A DNA stretch of 46,717 bases, taken from Escherichia phage vB_EcoS-IME253. The DNA is taken from sequence record NC_047810.1. One strand, given 5' to 3'. Both the position numbers and the translations under genes were made by a program. This document shows positions 26,459 to 35,884 of the stretch, piece after piece (the stretch's first letter is position 1; each line of letters starts with the position of its first letter). Below the pieces are notes generated by a model, which did not search any database, was not told where the DNA came from, and worked only from the letters and a program-made list of their open reading frames with translations.

Positions 26459-26501
26459 TAGCACTAAATGGTAAAGCCAAAAGGATTTGGCTTGCTACAA
26501 T
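26458..26501 (+). promoter_or_regulatory. palindrome-plus-hexamer element (copy 10, variant)
   Basis: atagcactaaatggtaaa after TAA of tape measure gene; TACAAT 26496-26501 (22-nt spacer); next ATG 26530 (HNH). Confidence 0.4.
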
Positions 26502-26529
26502 TAGTGAAAATTAACATGAGGTTTAAAAG

Positions 26530-27000
26530 ATGAACTGGAATTATGTTTTTGAGTATAGAGAGGGTGTTCTTTATTGGAAGGTAAAACCAGCCATACAATA
26601 CAATATTGGCGATGTTGCTGGTTTCTTTTGTGAAAAGAGAGGTTACATAATCGTTCAATACAGGCGTGTAAAGGTAATGGCCCATAGGGTTGTATGGGAA
26701 ATGTTTAATGGAAGAATAGCTGATGACATGGAAATTGATCACATTGACCACTCTAGAAAAAACAACAACATATCAAACCTAAGACTGGTAACGAAGAGTG
26801 ATAACATGAAAAACAAAAGCATGTACTCATCAAATAAAACTGGCGTTGTCGGGGTTAGTTACTGCAAAACAAAGAAAAAATTTATATCAAAGATAGGTAA
26901 GAGAATTCTATTAACAACAAGCAATTTTGAAGAGGCTGTAAAAGCGAGAAAAATCGCAGAGATAGCCCTTAATTATCACAAAAATCACGGGAGTAAATAA
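26530..27000 (+). CDS. HNH homing endonuclease with AP2-like domain
   Basis: YWK..HR..WE...EIDHIDH..NNN..NLR.V..SDN motif; inserted between tape measure and tail tip gene M. Confidence 0.65.
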   Translation: MNWNYVFEYREGVLYWKVKPAIQYNIGDVAGFFCEKRGYIIVQYRRVKVMAHRVVWEMFNGRIADDMEIDHIDHSRKNNNISNLRLVTKSDNMKNKSMYSSNKTGVVGVSYCKTKKKFISKIGKRILLTTSNFEEAVKARKIAEIALNYHKNHGSK

Positions 27001-27001
27001 T

Positions 27002-27352
27002 ATGGCTCTAGATACGTTTAATTTTTGTACTCAGGTTCAGAGTGGCGGCGGCTCATTTACCAACGCAAGCAACGTGAGGAGTGTTTCATTCGGTAATGGC
27101 TACACCCAAATTGGAACCGGAGGCTACAGAACTAACAAGCGCACTTACAACATGACCTACACCAACACTAACTGGAAGGAAGTGTTAGACTTCTGTTTTG
27201 CGCACATCATTACACCTTTTGCGTGGACCACGCCACAAGGCGATACATCAATGTTTGTTATTCAGCAGGATAGCATTAGCGTCACACCACTCAGTAAGGA
27301 AGTTCAGACTGTAAATATGCAATTCGTAGAAGTTTTTAGCTCAATGCGTTAA
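27002..27352 (+). CDS. minor tail protein M (lambda gpM-like)
   Basis: 116 aa; position and order M-L-K-I-J. Confidence 0.6.
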   Translation: MALDTFNFCTQVQSGGGSFTNASNVRSVSFGNGYTQIGTGGYRTNKRTYNMTYTNTNWKEVLDFCFAHIITPFAWTTPQGDTSMFVIQQDSISVTPLSKEVQTVNMQFVEVFSSMR

Positions 27353-27355
27353 ACT

Positions 27356-27380
27356 AAGCCCCATTAGGGGCTTTTTTTAT
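27356..27380 (+). terminator. rho-independent terminator fused to gene L RBS
   Basis: hairpin agcccc-atta-ggggct, T7, then attggagaaatatATG. Confidence 0.6.
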
Positions 27381-27391
27381 TGGAGAAATAT

Positions 27392-28147
27392 ATGTTAAGT
27401 CCAAAGTTTGAAAATCAGTTGCAAAGCCTTTTCCCTGGAGAGATTGTGACTCTAATTCAGGTTGACGGCACGTCGTTTGGTTCTCGCGTTTACAATTTCC
27501 ACAATGAGAACATTTCATACACACCTGAAGAAATCATGCTAGCCCAAATGAATGGCGAGCCACTACCAGAGAAAACCATCACCTTTCGTGGTGAAGAGTA
27601 TGGCCCCAGACCTTTTGGTATCTCGGGCATCAATATGACCTCTGACGGCAAAGCCAACAAAGTGACGCTAACGGTGTCAAACGTAGACCAGCGCATTAGC
27701 GCATTGATTCGAACATACAACGGACTTGTTAAAGCTAAGGTTACCATCTGGATTACTACGCGAGATAACATCAATGAAGACGGAAGCATTGCTGATGGGG
27801 ATTATCGCAGATTCGTTTACTTCATTGAGCGACCTAAGCAGGTTGATTACAAGACGGCATCGTTTGAGCTAAGTAGCCCGATGGATATGGATGGTATTTA
27901 CATTCCAGCAAGACTTGTTCAGTCTGTTTGCTACTGGGCTTCAAGGGGCTGGTATCGCAGCGGTAATGGTTGTGCTTATGCTGGTAATAGATACTTCAAT
28001 AAGGATGATGAGCCAGTGTCAGACCCTTCATTGGATTTCTGCGCCGGAACGGTAAATAGCTGCAAGATTAGGTTTGGTGAGAATAATCAGTTGGATTTCG
28101 GTGGCTGCGCTGCAGCAAGTCTTCAGGCTAAAGCCAATCAATCATAA
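27392..28147 (+). CDS. minor tail protein L (lambda gpL-like)
   Basis: About 250 aa with C-terminal Cys cluster; ATG 27392 with ggag (track start is TTG). Confidence 0.6.
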   Translation: MLSPKFENQLQSLFPGEIVTLIQVDGTSFGSRVYNFHNENISYTPEEIMLAQMNGEPLPEKTITFRGEEYGPRPFGISGINMTSDGKANKVTLTVSNVDQRISALIRTYNGLVKAKVTIWITTRDNINEDGSIADGDYRRFVYFIERPKQVDYKTASFELSSPMDMDGIYIPARLVQSVCYWASRGWYRSGNGCAYAGNRYFNKDDEPVSDPSLDFCAGTVNSCKIRFGENNQLDFGGCAAASLQAKANQS

Positions 28148-28170
28148 AAAAGGCCCCGAAAGGGGCCAAA
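28146..28170 (-). terminator. rho-independent terminator for the antisense Rha-like gene
   Basis: hairpin ggcccc-gaaa-ggggcc with A-run on plus strand (T-run on minus). Confidence 0.55.
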
Positions 28171-28171
28171 A

Positions 28172-28714
28172 TTACCATCCAAGAGTTAACTGTGCTTCCT
28201 TGTAAAGGTTCTCCATTTCTTCTTTCCGCTGCTTCTTGACCCTCTTCCACTCAGATAGTGTCTTTCCGCAACTGCTAGCAATCTCAACCTCTGACTTTAA
28301 CGTTCCGATTAACTCATTGCATTTCTGCATTACTGATTTATTTTCTTCTTTATACTCCTCTTTAAGAATTCGCTCCATTTCGTTAAAAGCATTAATGTAA
28401 GCTTCCTTCCACTTTGCTGCCTCCTTTCCGGTAAAGCCCATTGCTAGGAATGAGAAACCATCACGTGTAATGTCATAGCAATCTAACTTCTTGTTTTGCT
28501 TGGAAATATAAGATGAGGGCCGAAAATTAGGCTCTCTAAATTCTTCGCTACAATCAAGTCCTCGAATAGCATCAAGCACGTGCTTGTGCGACTTACCAAA
28601 CTTTTCTGAAACATCCTTTGATGTGACTGTAATGCGACCATCTTTGCCTAAAGATACTAAATCGTTCATAATATACCTACCTGGTGAGTTGATTATTTGT
28701 TTATGGAGATTCAA
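28172..28714 (-). CDS. Rha-family phage regulatory protein (antisense to tail operon)
   Basis: N-terminus LVSLGKDGRITVTSKDVSEKFGKSHKHVLDAIR..FREPNF matches Rha-domain pattern; own terminator. Confidence 0.5.
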   Translation of the reverse strand: MNLHKQIINSPGRYIMNDLVSLGKDGRITVTSKDVSEKFGKSHKHVLDAIRGLDCSEEFREPNFRPSSYISKQNKKLDCYDITRDGFSFLAMGFTGKEAAKWKEAYINAFNEMERILKEEYKEENKSVMQKCNELIGTLKSEVEIASSCGKTLSEWKRVKKQRKEEMENLYKEAQLTLGW

Positions 28715-28765
28715 ATATAAAACTCCTAATAGGATTTGTCAAATCTTAAAATCATAGAGGTGAAG

Positions 28766-29524
28766 ATGTTAACACCAAAAGTTAAACTGGAAATCTTCCA
28801 GCACGCAAAAGAAGTTTACCCGCACGAATGTTGCGGGGTTGTCACGCAGAAAGGTCGCGCGCAGAAATACCACAGAATCAAGAACGCCAGCAAAGACCCA
28901 GAGAATGAATTCATCCTTGATTCAAATGAGTATGCAGACGTTCTCTTTGAGTTGGCTCACAACGAGTCAATTGTTTATGTAGTTCACTCTCATACAGGCG
29001 ATGGAGCCACAACAAGACCAAGCCCAGCGGACATTTGCAGCTGCAATGAGTGCGAGATTCCTTACGTTATCGTCAGCATTCCGGAAGGAGACATGCGGAT
29101 CCTTGAACCTTCAACCATGCCACTGATTGGTCGCCCATGGGGTCTTGGTAGCTTTGACTGCTGGGAGTTGGTAATGGCATTTCACAAGAAATACGGCGTC
29201 AAACTGAATGACTACCGCGTTAATTACCCGTGGTGGGAGAAGCGATACAATGAGAATATCTATGAAGACAACTGGATTAAGGAAGGATTTGAGCTAGTAA
29301 AAACTTCAGATATTCCTATTGGCTCAATGATTATGATGCAGGTTCAAAGTGAGGTGACAAACCACGCCGGAATCTATATTGGCAACAACAGATTCATTCA
29401 TCACCTTTATGGTAAAATGAGTTCAGTTGATATCTACTCCGATTACTGGCGAGAGCGCACTGTGCGAATCGTTCGCCATAAGGATTTACCAGAGGATGTA
29501 ATTTATGACCCAGAAACTGATTGA
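28766..29524 (+). CDS. tail assembly protein K (JAB/MPN plus NlpC/P60-like)
   Basis: HSHTGDGATTRPSPAD metalloprotease-like motif; ATG 28766 with RBS agaggtg. Confidence 0.7.
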   Translation: MLTPKVKLEIFQHAKEVYPHECCGVVTQKGRAQKYHRIKNASKDPENEFILDSNEYADVLFELAHNESIVYVVHSHTGDGATTRPSPADICSCNECEIPYVIVSIPEGDMRILEPSTMPLIGRPWGLGSFDCWELVMAFHKKYGVKLNDYRVNYPWWEKRYNENIYEDNWIKEGFELVKTSDIPIGSMIMMQVQSEVTNHAGIYIGNNRFIHHLYGKMSSVDIYSDYWRERTVRIVRHKDLPEDVIYDPETD

Positions 29525-30077
29525 TATTAAGTTAGGCTTGTCTCTAGGCCGCAAGTTTGGAAAGATTCACCAGATGGCAGTGAATAGCGTGCCAGAGGCT
29601 ATGCGAGCGCTTTGCTCTCAGATTCCTGCATTCAAGGAGTTCATGAGCAGCCACGTTGGGCAGAACACAAGATACGCAGTCTTTGTAGATGGTAAAAATG
29701 TGAACGAGCATCAAATCTCTGATTTTAGTGCCGTTCAGGAGATACGCATCTTGCCAATCCCGCAAGGCCGAAAGTCCGGCGGTTTGTTTCAGACAATTTT
29801 AGGTGCAGCGCTTATCACGGTTGGCATCTTCACTGGGCAGATTTATCTTGTTGGTGCTGGCGTATCTTTGGCAGCAGGTGGTATTTCCCAGCTACTCTCA
29901 CCGCAGGCAACTGGATTAAAGACCCAGAACAACCAAACAAGCAACAGAGCATCTTACGCATTTGGCTCGGCCGTGAACACTGTAGCTGCTGGTTATCCAG
30001 TTTGCCTTCCATACGGCTATCGAACTGTTGGCGGGTCTGTATTTAGTGCAGGCAGTTATAGTGAAGATATTTCTTGA
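29505..30077 (+). CDS. tail assembly protein I (lambda gpI-like)
   Basis: 190 aa with hydrophobic Gly-rich centre; overlaps K 3-prime end. Confidence 0.6.
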   Translation: MTQKLIDIKLGLSLGRKFGKIHQMAVNSVPEAMRALCSQIPAFKEFMSSHVGQNTRYAVFVDGKNVNEHQISDFSAVQEIRILPIPQGRKSGGLFQTILGAALITVGIFTGQIYLVGAGVSLAAGGISQLLSPQATGLKTQNNQTSNRASYAFGSAVNTVAAGYPVCLPYGYRTVGGSVFSAGSYSEDIS

Positions 30078-30134
30078 TAATTAAATTATTCTGCATTACA
30101 GTCACCTTAAGATTTACTCTTTTGGTGACTTAAA

Positions 30135-30623
30135 ATGCAAAAATTCGAGAATTACCTTTACGAGATTGATGGAAAGCTATACTGGAAGGAGGCGAGAAAC
30201 AACTCGGCCAAAATAGAGTCAGAGGCTGGATTTATTCATCATTCTGGCTATAGGTATGTTAAATTGAATGACAAACAGACTTCATCTCACAGGATTCTTT
30301 GGTACTTAAGAAATGGATTCAAGATGCCACCTAAAGGCATGGAGATTGACCATATAAATGGAAACAGGCTTGACAACTCAGCTAGTAACTTACGGATTGT
30401 ATCTTCATCGGTAAACTCAAAAAACAGGTCAAAAAGGTCAGATAACTCAAGCGGCGTTGCGGGAGTTGGATTTCATAAGTTAACTGGAACGTGGTGGGCT
30501 ACGATATCAATAAACAAAAAGAGAAAGCACTTGGGGCTATTCGTTGATTGGTTTGAAGCAGTGTGCGCCAGAAAGAGCGCTGAGAACTTAAATGGTGAGT
30601 ACACCTATAGACATGGTAAGTAA
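30135..30623 (+). CDS. HNH homing endonuclease with AP2-like domain (second copy)
   Basis: YWK..HR.LWY...EIDHINGNRLDN..SNLR.V motif; inserted between I and J. Confidence 0.65.
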   Translation: MQKFENYLYEIDGKLYWKEARNNSAKIESEAGFIHHSGYRYVKLNDKQTSSHRILWYLRNGFKMPPKGMEIDHINGNRLDNSASNLRIVSSSVNSKNRSKRSDNSSGVAGVGFHKLTGTWWATISINKKRKHLGLFVDWFEAVCARKSAENLNGEYTYRHGK

Positions 30624-30630
30624 AATCAGA

Positions 30631-30653
30631 ACCCGCCTGGCGCGGGTTTTTTA
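30631..30653 (+). terminator. rho-independent terminator after second HNH gene
   Basis: hairpin acccgc-ctggc-gcgggt followed by T6. Confidence 0.6.
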
Positions 30654-30703
30654 TTTACTGTAGAATGGCACAAATGATCAAAACAAACATGAGGCTTTGT
30701 GAT

Positions 30704-33700
30704 ATGGCTGAAGAGATTAAGATTTATGGTGCCAAGGGTGGTAGCCAAAAGCAGCATCAACCAGTGGAGCAGGAAGATAACCTAATTTCACTTAACAAGG
30801 TTAAGGTTCTTTTGGCGGTTGCTGACGGTGAGGTGGATCCTAACTTCTCATTGAAGGATTTATACCTTGCTGACGTTCCGGTACAAAATCAGGATGGTAG
30901 CTACAACTATGAAGGTGTTCGCGCTGAGTTCCGTGCTGGCACGCAGTATCAGGACTATATCGCCGGGCTTGACGGTGCTAACTCAGAGATTCAGGCATCC
31001 AGAGAAATCAAGAACGATACCCCGTACATCATTGCAGTTAACAATACTCAGCTTTCAGCAATTCGAGTTAAGCTATTCTGGCCTCGACTGGTTAAGCAAG
31101 AAAGCAATGGAGACCTGAACGGAACAACCTGCGAGTATGCAATTGACCTTTCTGTTAATGGTGGCGCTTACCAGGAATACACTCGCGGAGTTGCTAACGG
31201 AAAGACCACTACAGGTTACGACCGAAGCATTCGCGTAAACCTTCCGGCAGAATTTGATAGCGCGCTTGTTCGCATCCGTAAGATTACGCCGGATTCAACA
31301 AGTAGCACCCTGGTTAACGGTATGCAGATTACAACCTATCAGGAAGTAATTGACGCTAAATTCCGCTATCCGCTTACGGCTCTGGTTTACGTTGAGTTTG
31401 GTTCTGACTTGTTCCCTAACGGCATCCCAACAATCTCAATCAAGAAGAGATGGAAGTTGATTCAGGTTCCTACAAACTATAACCCTGAAACCAGAACTTA
31501 TAGCGGCACATGGAATGGTCTATTCAAGATGGCATGGTCAAACAACCCAGCATGGGTTCTTTATGACCTAGTAACAAACCGCCGTTACGGACTTGACCAG
31601 CGAGAGCTGGGTGTAGAGATTGATAAGTGGGGCCTGTACGAAGCTGCACAATTCTGTGACCAGATGGTTCCAGATGGCAAGGGTGGCTTAGAGCCGCGTT
31701 ACCTTTGCGATATGGTTGTACAGAACAAGGTTGAGGCTTACACGCTAATTCGTGATATCTGTTCAATCTTTCGCGGCCTGACTTTCTATGACGGCGAAAA
31801 GATTGGCATCGTGGTTGATAAGCCTCGCAACCCATCTTACATCTTCACCAATGATAACGTTGTAAACGGATTGTTCAGTCGCACATTTGCCAGCGATAAA
31901 AGTCTTTACACCACGGCAAACGTTCAGTTTGATGATGTAGAGAACAACTATCAGCAGGATGTTGAGCCAGTATTTGAGCTTGAGGCTACTCGCAGGTTCG
32001 GGTTTAATCCAGTCGACCTTACGGCAATTGGCTGCACTCGCAGAAGTGAAGCAAACAGACGCGGCAGATGGCTCCTAAAAACCAACCTGAGAAGCGAAAC
32101 TATCAGCTTCACTACCGGGTTGGAAGGCATGATTCCGATGATTGGCGAGGTTATTGCAGTTAATGATGCGGCATGGTCGAGCAACTATCAGTTGAACCTT
32201 TCCGGCCGCATTGAATCAGTGCAGGGGCTACAGGTTTTTACACCGTTTAAAGTTGACGCAGCGCCGGGTGACAGAATTCTTCTTAACAAGCCAGACGGAA
32301 GCCCGGAGGCAAGAACTATTGCCAGTGTTTCGGAAGACGGCAGAACAATCAACCTTAACACTGCTTTCAGTTTTGTAGCTCAGCCAGACACTGTGTTCGC
32401 AATTGATAAGGATAACCTTGCGCTTCAGCAGTATGTTGTGACCGGGATTCAAAAGGCAGATACTGACGGCTCTGATTCATTTCAGTACACGATTACTGCG
32501 GTGGAGTATGACCCTAACAAGTATGACGAGATTGACTACGGCGTTAATATTGTTGACCGTCCAACTTCAGTCGTAGAGCCTGATAGATTGTCGCCACCTG
32601 AGAATTTAACAGTGTCAAGCTACAGCAAGGTTGTTCAAGGATTATCAGTTGAGACGATGGTTATCGGGTGGGATAAAGCGCCATACGCTAAAACCTACAA
32701 TGTTCAGTGGAGAAAAGAGAATGGCAACTGGATTAACGTACCAAGAACAGCTAGCACAGAGGTTGATATCGAAGGTATTTACGCAGGAATTTATGACGTT
32801 AGGGTTCGCAGCGTATCAGATACTGAAAACGTGTCTGCCTGGTCTGGTATTGTAACGGTATCGCTAACTGGCAAGATTGGTCGCCCATCGGCACCTACGG
32901 TTATCACGGCGTCAACTGATGAAGTATTTGGTATCCGTGTTAAATGGGGATTCCCTGAAGGCTCTGGCGATACTGCTTACACTGAGCTTCAGCAGGTTCC
33001 AGATAATGGTGATGGTACTTACAATCCTGATAATGCAAGTTTGCTTACGTTACTTCCTTATCCTGCCTACGAATACTGGCATACGCCAATTCAGCCAGGT
33101 AAGGTGATTTGGTATCGCGCAAGATTGATTGACAGAATCGGAAATACCTCTGATTGGTCTAATTTCGCAAGAGGCATGAGTACTGACGACGCAAACATTA
33201 TCAATGATTTCATCAAGGTTGATATTGAAGGTTCAGAAGGATTCAAATACCTCGAGCAGAATGCGATTCAAAAGAATCAGGACATTCAGAATCAAGCTGA
33301 GGCAATTATCGAGAACGCACTGGCTAATGATGGCGATGTTCGCAGAATGACAAAGGAGAACGGCAAGCGTAAGGCTGAATATGTTCAGGCTGTGAATCTC
33401 ATAGCCGATGAAACTCAGGCGCGCGTAGAGGCTCTAACGGCCCTTAAGGCGCAGATAGATGATGAAGTTGTAGCATCGATTACAGAAGTTCAGACTGCAT
33501 TAGCCACAGAGACAGAAGCAAGGACTACTGCAGACACGACTCTATCAGCAAGACTTGGTGAAAATGAGGCGGCTTTAAACCAGAAGCTGGACGCATTCTC
33601 TAATGCCACATCGACTGGTGTGCAGTACGGAATTAGTCTTGGCCTGAAATACAATGGACAGACTTATTCATCCGGTATGAGCATGGAGCTTGTCGGCACT

Positions 33701-34021
33701 GGTGACAATGTTCGTAGTCAATTCATTTTTGACGCAAACAGATTCGCTATCAGTAACGGCATTGGTTCCGGCTCCGGTCAGTGGCAACTCCCCTTCGTTG
33801 TCGAGAATGGAAACGTAATCATCAAGAGTGCAGTTATCGGCGATGGCTCAATCAGTAACGCGAAGATTGGTAACTTTATTCAGTCTAATGACTGGGGTAC
33901 AAATTCAGGCTGGAGGCTAGATAAGGATGATGGATTGACGCTTAGGGGTTCCGATCGTGGCAAGATGAGAGTCCTGGACCGGAATGGAGTGGTTAGGGTA
34001 AAATTAGGATACTTGGGTTAA
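30704..34021 (+). CDS. tail tip / host specificity protein J (central tail fiber)
   Basis: About 1100 aa downstream of M-L-K-I; ATG 30704 with gagg (an upstream ATG at 30665 is also possible). Confidence 0.8.
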   Translation: MAEEIKIYGAKGGSQKQHQPVEQEDNLISLNKVKVLLAVADGEVDPNFSLKDLYLADVPVQNQDGSYNYEGVRAEFRAGTQYQDYIAGLDGANSEIQASREIKNDTPYIIAVNNTQLSAIRVKLFWPRLVKQESNGDLNGTTCEYAIDLSVNGGAYQEYTRGVANGKTTTGYDRSIRVNLPAEFDSALVRIRKITPDSTSSTLVNGMQITTYQEVIDAKFRYPLTALVYVEFGSDLFPNGIPTISIKKRWKLIQVPTNYNPETRTYSGTWNGLFKMAWSNNPAWVLYDLVTNRRYGLDQRELGVEIDKWGLYEAAQFCDQMVPDGKGGLEPRYLCDMVVQNKVEAYTLIRDICSIFRGLTFYDGEKIGIVVDKPRNPSYIFTNDNVVNGLFSRTFASDKSLYTTANVQFDDVENNYQQDVEPVFELEATRRFGFNPVDLTAIGCTRRSEANRRGRWLLKTNLRSETISFTTGLEGMIPMIGEVIAVNDAAWSSNYQLNLSGRIESVQGLQVFTPFKVDAAPGDRILLNKPDGSPEARTIASVSEDGRTINLNTAFSFVAQPDTVFAIDKDNLALQQYVVTGIQKADTDGSDSFQYTITAVEYDPNKYDEIDYGVNIVDRPTSVVEPDRLSPPENLTVSSYSKVVQGLSVETMVIGWDKAPYAKTYNVQWRKENGNWINVPRTASTEVDIEGIYAGIYDVRVRSVSDTENVSAWSGIVTVSLTGKIGRPSAPTVITASTDEVFGIRVKWGFPEGSGDTAYTELQQVPDNGDGTYNPDNASLLTLLPYPAYEYWHTPIQPGKVIWYRARLIDRIGNTSDWSNFARGMSTDDANIINDFIKVDIEGSEGFKYLEQNAIQKNQDIQNQAEAIIENALANDGDVRRMTKENGKRKAEYVQAVNLIADETQARVEALTALKAQIDDEVVASITEVQTALATETEARTTADTTLSARLGENEAALNQKLDAFSNATSTGVQYGISLGLKYNGQTYSSGMSMELVGTGDNVRSQFIFDANRFAISNGIGSGSGQWQLPFVVENGNVIIKSAVIGDGSISNAKIGNFIQSNDWGTNSGWRLDKDDGLTLRGSDRGKMRVLDRNGVVRVKLGYLG

Positions 34022-34030
34022 TAAATTATT

Positions 34031-34060
34031 GGCGGGTAAATCCCGCCTAAGGTTTTATTT
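34031..34060 (+). terminator. terminator-like hairpin after J
   Basis: hairpin ggcggg-taaa-tcccgcc then ggttttattt. Confidence 0.35.
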
Positions 34061-34062
34061 GT

Positions 34063-34434
34063 ATGGCTGGTTTGTATGGTTGGGAGATGTACGATTCTGC
34101 GGGGCGGCTTGTAGCTGACAATAGCAGCATAATGAGCAGGAGGCTATTCACTTATAGCGTGCCACTGATAAGGGCTTTATCTGCAAACATACCATGGGAA
34201 GTCTCATTTAATGTTAACTTCTCAAATGGAACGCCTTATGCGCATTGCAATACCAGAACAGGGGTGGTGGTCCCTGCATCTACTAACTGGTATCCAGTAT
34301 CACCTGATATAATAATATCTGGAAATGCAGTTACACTCAGGTATACAAACAGGCATGTTTCCTATCCGGACGATCTTGGGTACATACTTGCAGTTGGTGG
34401 TGTTGATGTTCACTTAGGAGTTTATAATAAATGA
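34063..34434 (+). CDS. hypothetical tail-associated protein (123 aa)
   Basis: ORF immediately downstream of J. Confidence 0.4.
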   Translation: MAGLYGWEMYDSAGRLVADNSSIMSRRLFTYSVPLIRALSANIPWEVSFNVNFSNGTPYAHCNTRTGVVVPASTNWYPVSPDIIISGNAVTLRYTNRHVSYPDDLGYILAVGGVDVHLGVYNK

Positions 34435-35228
34435 GTGATTATGGTGTTGAACTAATAAATGACTATGGTTTAAAGGTTGCTGACGCAGAGGATGTAAATT
34501 ACGTACTAAGAAGTTCTGGTACATTTAATGATTCAAATTTCTACTCATATGCAAACTCCACATCTGCAATTAGCCTCATGACCACAGGAATGAATTCGCC
34601 TCTTCTATTTCTAAAGATGAACGAAAGTAGGTCAAGGATAAGCCAGAAGCCTGGAGTTAACAAAATATCACCTGATTTTGTTAACCCAAATACCACAATA
34701 ACAAAGACAAGCATAGACCTATTCAAGTGGTGGAACATACCGCTAGGAACTGTAGAGTATTACATATTTGACAAGTGGATCCCGCCAGAAAGAAGTGATT
34801 ATGGAATGCAGATATTTAATGAATCTGGTTCTATAATCTTTGATTCTGGCTGGTACTTCCTCAAACTTAGGGATGTGCTATGGCTTGATCCAAGTTATCC
34901 AAACCATTCAGATCAGGAAGGTGGTAGTAACTGGACTAACGTCGGGAATATTGTCAACTCCGCGAACGTATCAAACTCAGCATTATCAATGCCTGTTGGT
35001 AGGGGGTGGGTTGAAACATCATTGCAGGGTGGGTACTACTATAATGAATGCTGTCACCTTGACTCATCCGGTAATCTATTTATATCCATAATACCTACAG
35101 GTATATACCTTGATGTTTCACCAACTGGCGGCTGGGTTGGCAATATGAGGACGCAAGTTATGGTTTGCGACACCTCGAGGCTGCCTCTTAATTACAATCC
35201 AGTTGAGATAAGAAAGGAAAACAAATAA
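34431..35228 (+). CDS. candidate receptor-binding protein (265 aa)
   Basis: Position downstream of J and convergent with a lipoprotein gene; no motif confirmation. Confidence 0.35.
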   Translation: MSDYGVELINDYGLKVADAEDVNYVLRSSGTFNDSNFYSYANSTSAISLMTTGMNSPLLFLKMNESRSRISQKPGVNKISPDFVNPNTTITKTSIDLFKWWNIPLGTVEYYIFDKWIPPERSDYGMQIFNESGSIIFDSGWYFLKLRDVLWLDPSYPNHSDQEGGSNWTNVGNIVNSANVSNSALSMPVGRGWVETSLQGGYYYNECCHLDSSGNLFISIIPTGIYLDVSPTGGWVGNMRTQVMVCDTSRLPLNYNPVEIRKENK

Positions 35229-35232
35229 AAAT

Positions 35233-35256
35233 AAGGCCCTTAATGGGCCTTCTTGT
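35233..35256. terminator. bidirectional terminator between convergent RBP candidate and lipoprotein genes
   Basis: A-rich run, hairpin aggccc-ttaat-gggcct, T-rich run. Confidence 0.5.
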
Positions 35257-35425
35257 TAAAACAATATCCAGCTGGTAAAACCGAATAAAGATTTTGATTT
35301 ACCTCTCCATTGCTGTATTCACAACCTCTAATTGTAACTGAGTAGTCACTGATAAGAACTATAGTTCTTTCACCGCCTGAACAACCAGCTAAAATCATTG
35401 CAGTGATAACGATTAATTTTTTCAT
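35240..35425 (-). CDS. small lipoprotein (candidate superinfection-exclusion protein)
   Basis: Signal peptide with lipobox LAGCSG; 61 aa; convergent to RBP candidate. Confidence 0.5.
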   Translation of the reverse strand: MKKLIVITAMILAGCSGGERTIVLISDYSVTIRGCEYSNGEVNQNLYSVLPAGYCFNKKAH

Positions 35426-35426
35426 C

Positions 35427-35531
35427 TTAGAACCCTTTAAAGTTGCTAGCCAGCATCAGAAGCCATACGAAGAAACCAGTAGCTGCTACACCGAAGATTG
35501 CAGAGATTACGTTAGTAGTTAAGTTAGTCAT
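35427..35531 (-). CDS. small hydrophobic peptide (34 aa, single TMD)
   Basis: Hand-translated; RBS aaggaa; directly downstream of the reverse-oriented element and leader. Confidence 0.35.
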   Translation of the reverse strand: MTNLTTNVISAIFGVAATGFFVWLLMLASNFKGF

Positions 35532-35571
35532 TTTGTATTCCTTAGTAAGTGTGTTTCGTTTCGATGGAAAG

Positions 35572-35615
35572 ATAATACCGCATCCTTGCGATAAGTGTTT
35601 AGCAATTAGTGCTAT
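35572..35615 (-). promoter_or_regulatory. palindrome-plus-hexamer element (copy 11, minus orientation)
   Basis: rc atagcactaattgctaaa at 35598-35615; rc TATTAT 35572-35577; rc leader catcgaaacgaa; drives 35427..35531 and lipoprotein gene. Confidence 0.5.
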
Positions 35616-35884
35616 TAGTGAATATCCTCACAGCCAGGAATGGACTTAACATTGTAATGCCGATAAGCGAATATCAAGTTAAGAGCCTGCTCGACCGTGC
35701 ATTTAAGGGCGCCAGAGATAATAAATGAAGACTCAGTGATGTGATTTATTAACTCATTTCTGACAGGGTCGTCATCTGCTAGTAACTCTGCGCGCTTAAC
35801 AAAAAGAGCGTTGTTTACCAGGATTGTCACAACCTTTTCATTGAGCTCTTTCTTCGCTTTTGCAATCTCTTTCTCGTAGTTCAT
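35615..35884 (-). CDS. hypothetical protein (89 aa)
   Basis: ORF ending in TAATAG inside the reverse-oriented element. Confidence 0.4.
   Translation of the reverse strand: MNYEKEIAKAKKELNEKVVTILVNNALFVKRAELLADDDPVRNELINHITESSFIISGALKCTVEQALNLIFAYRHYNVKSIPGCEDIH

Noticed and set aside
30867-33107. Short ORFs within J in other frames or strand (30867..31118, 31524..31835, 31951..32184, 32228..32452, 32631..32855, 32877..33107)
   Set aside because: Embedded in the J coding sequence with no independent RBS; shadow ORFs.
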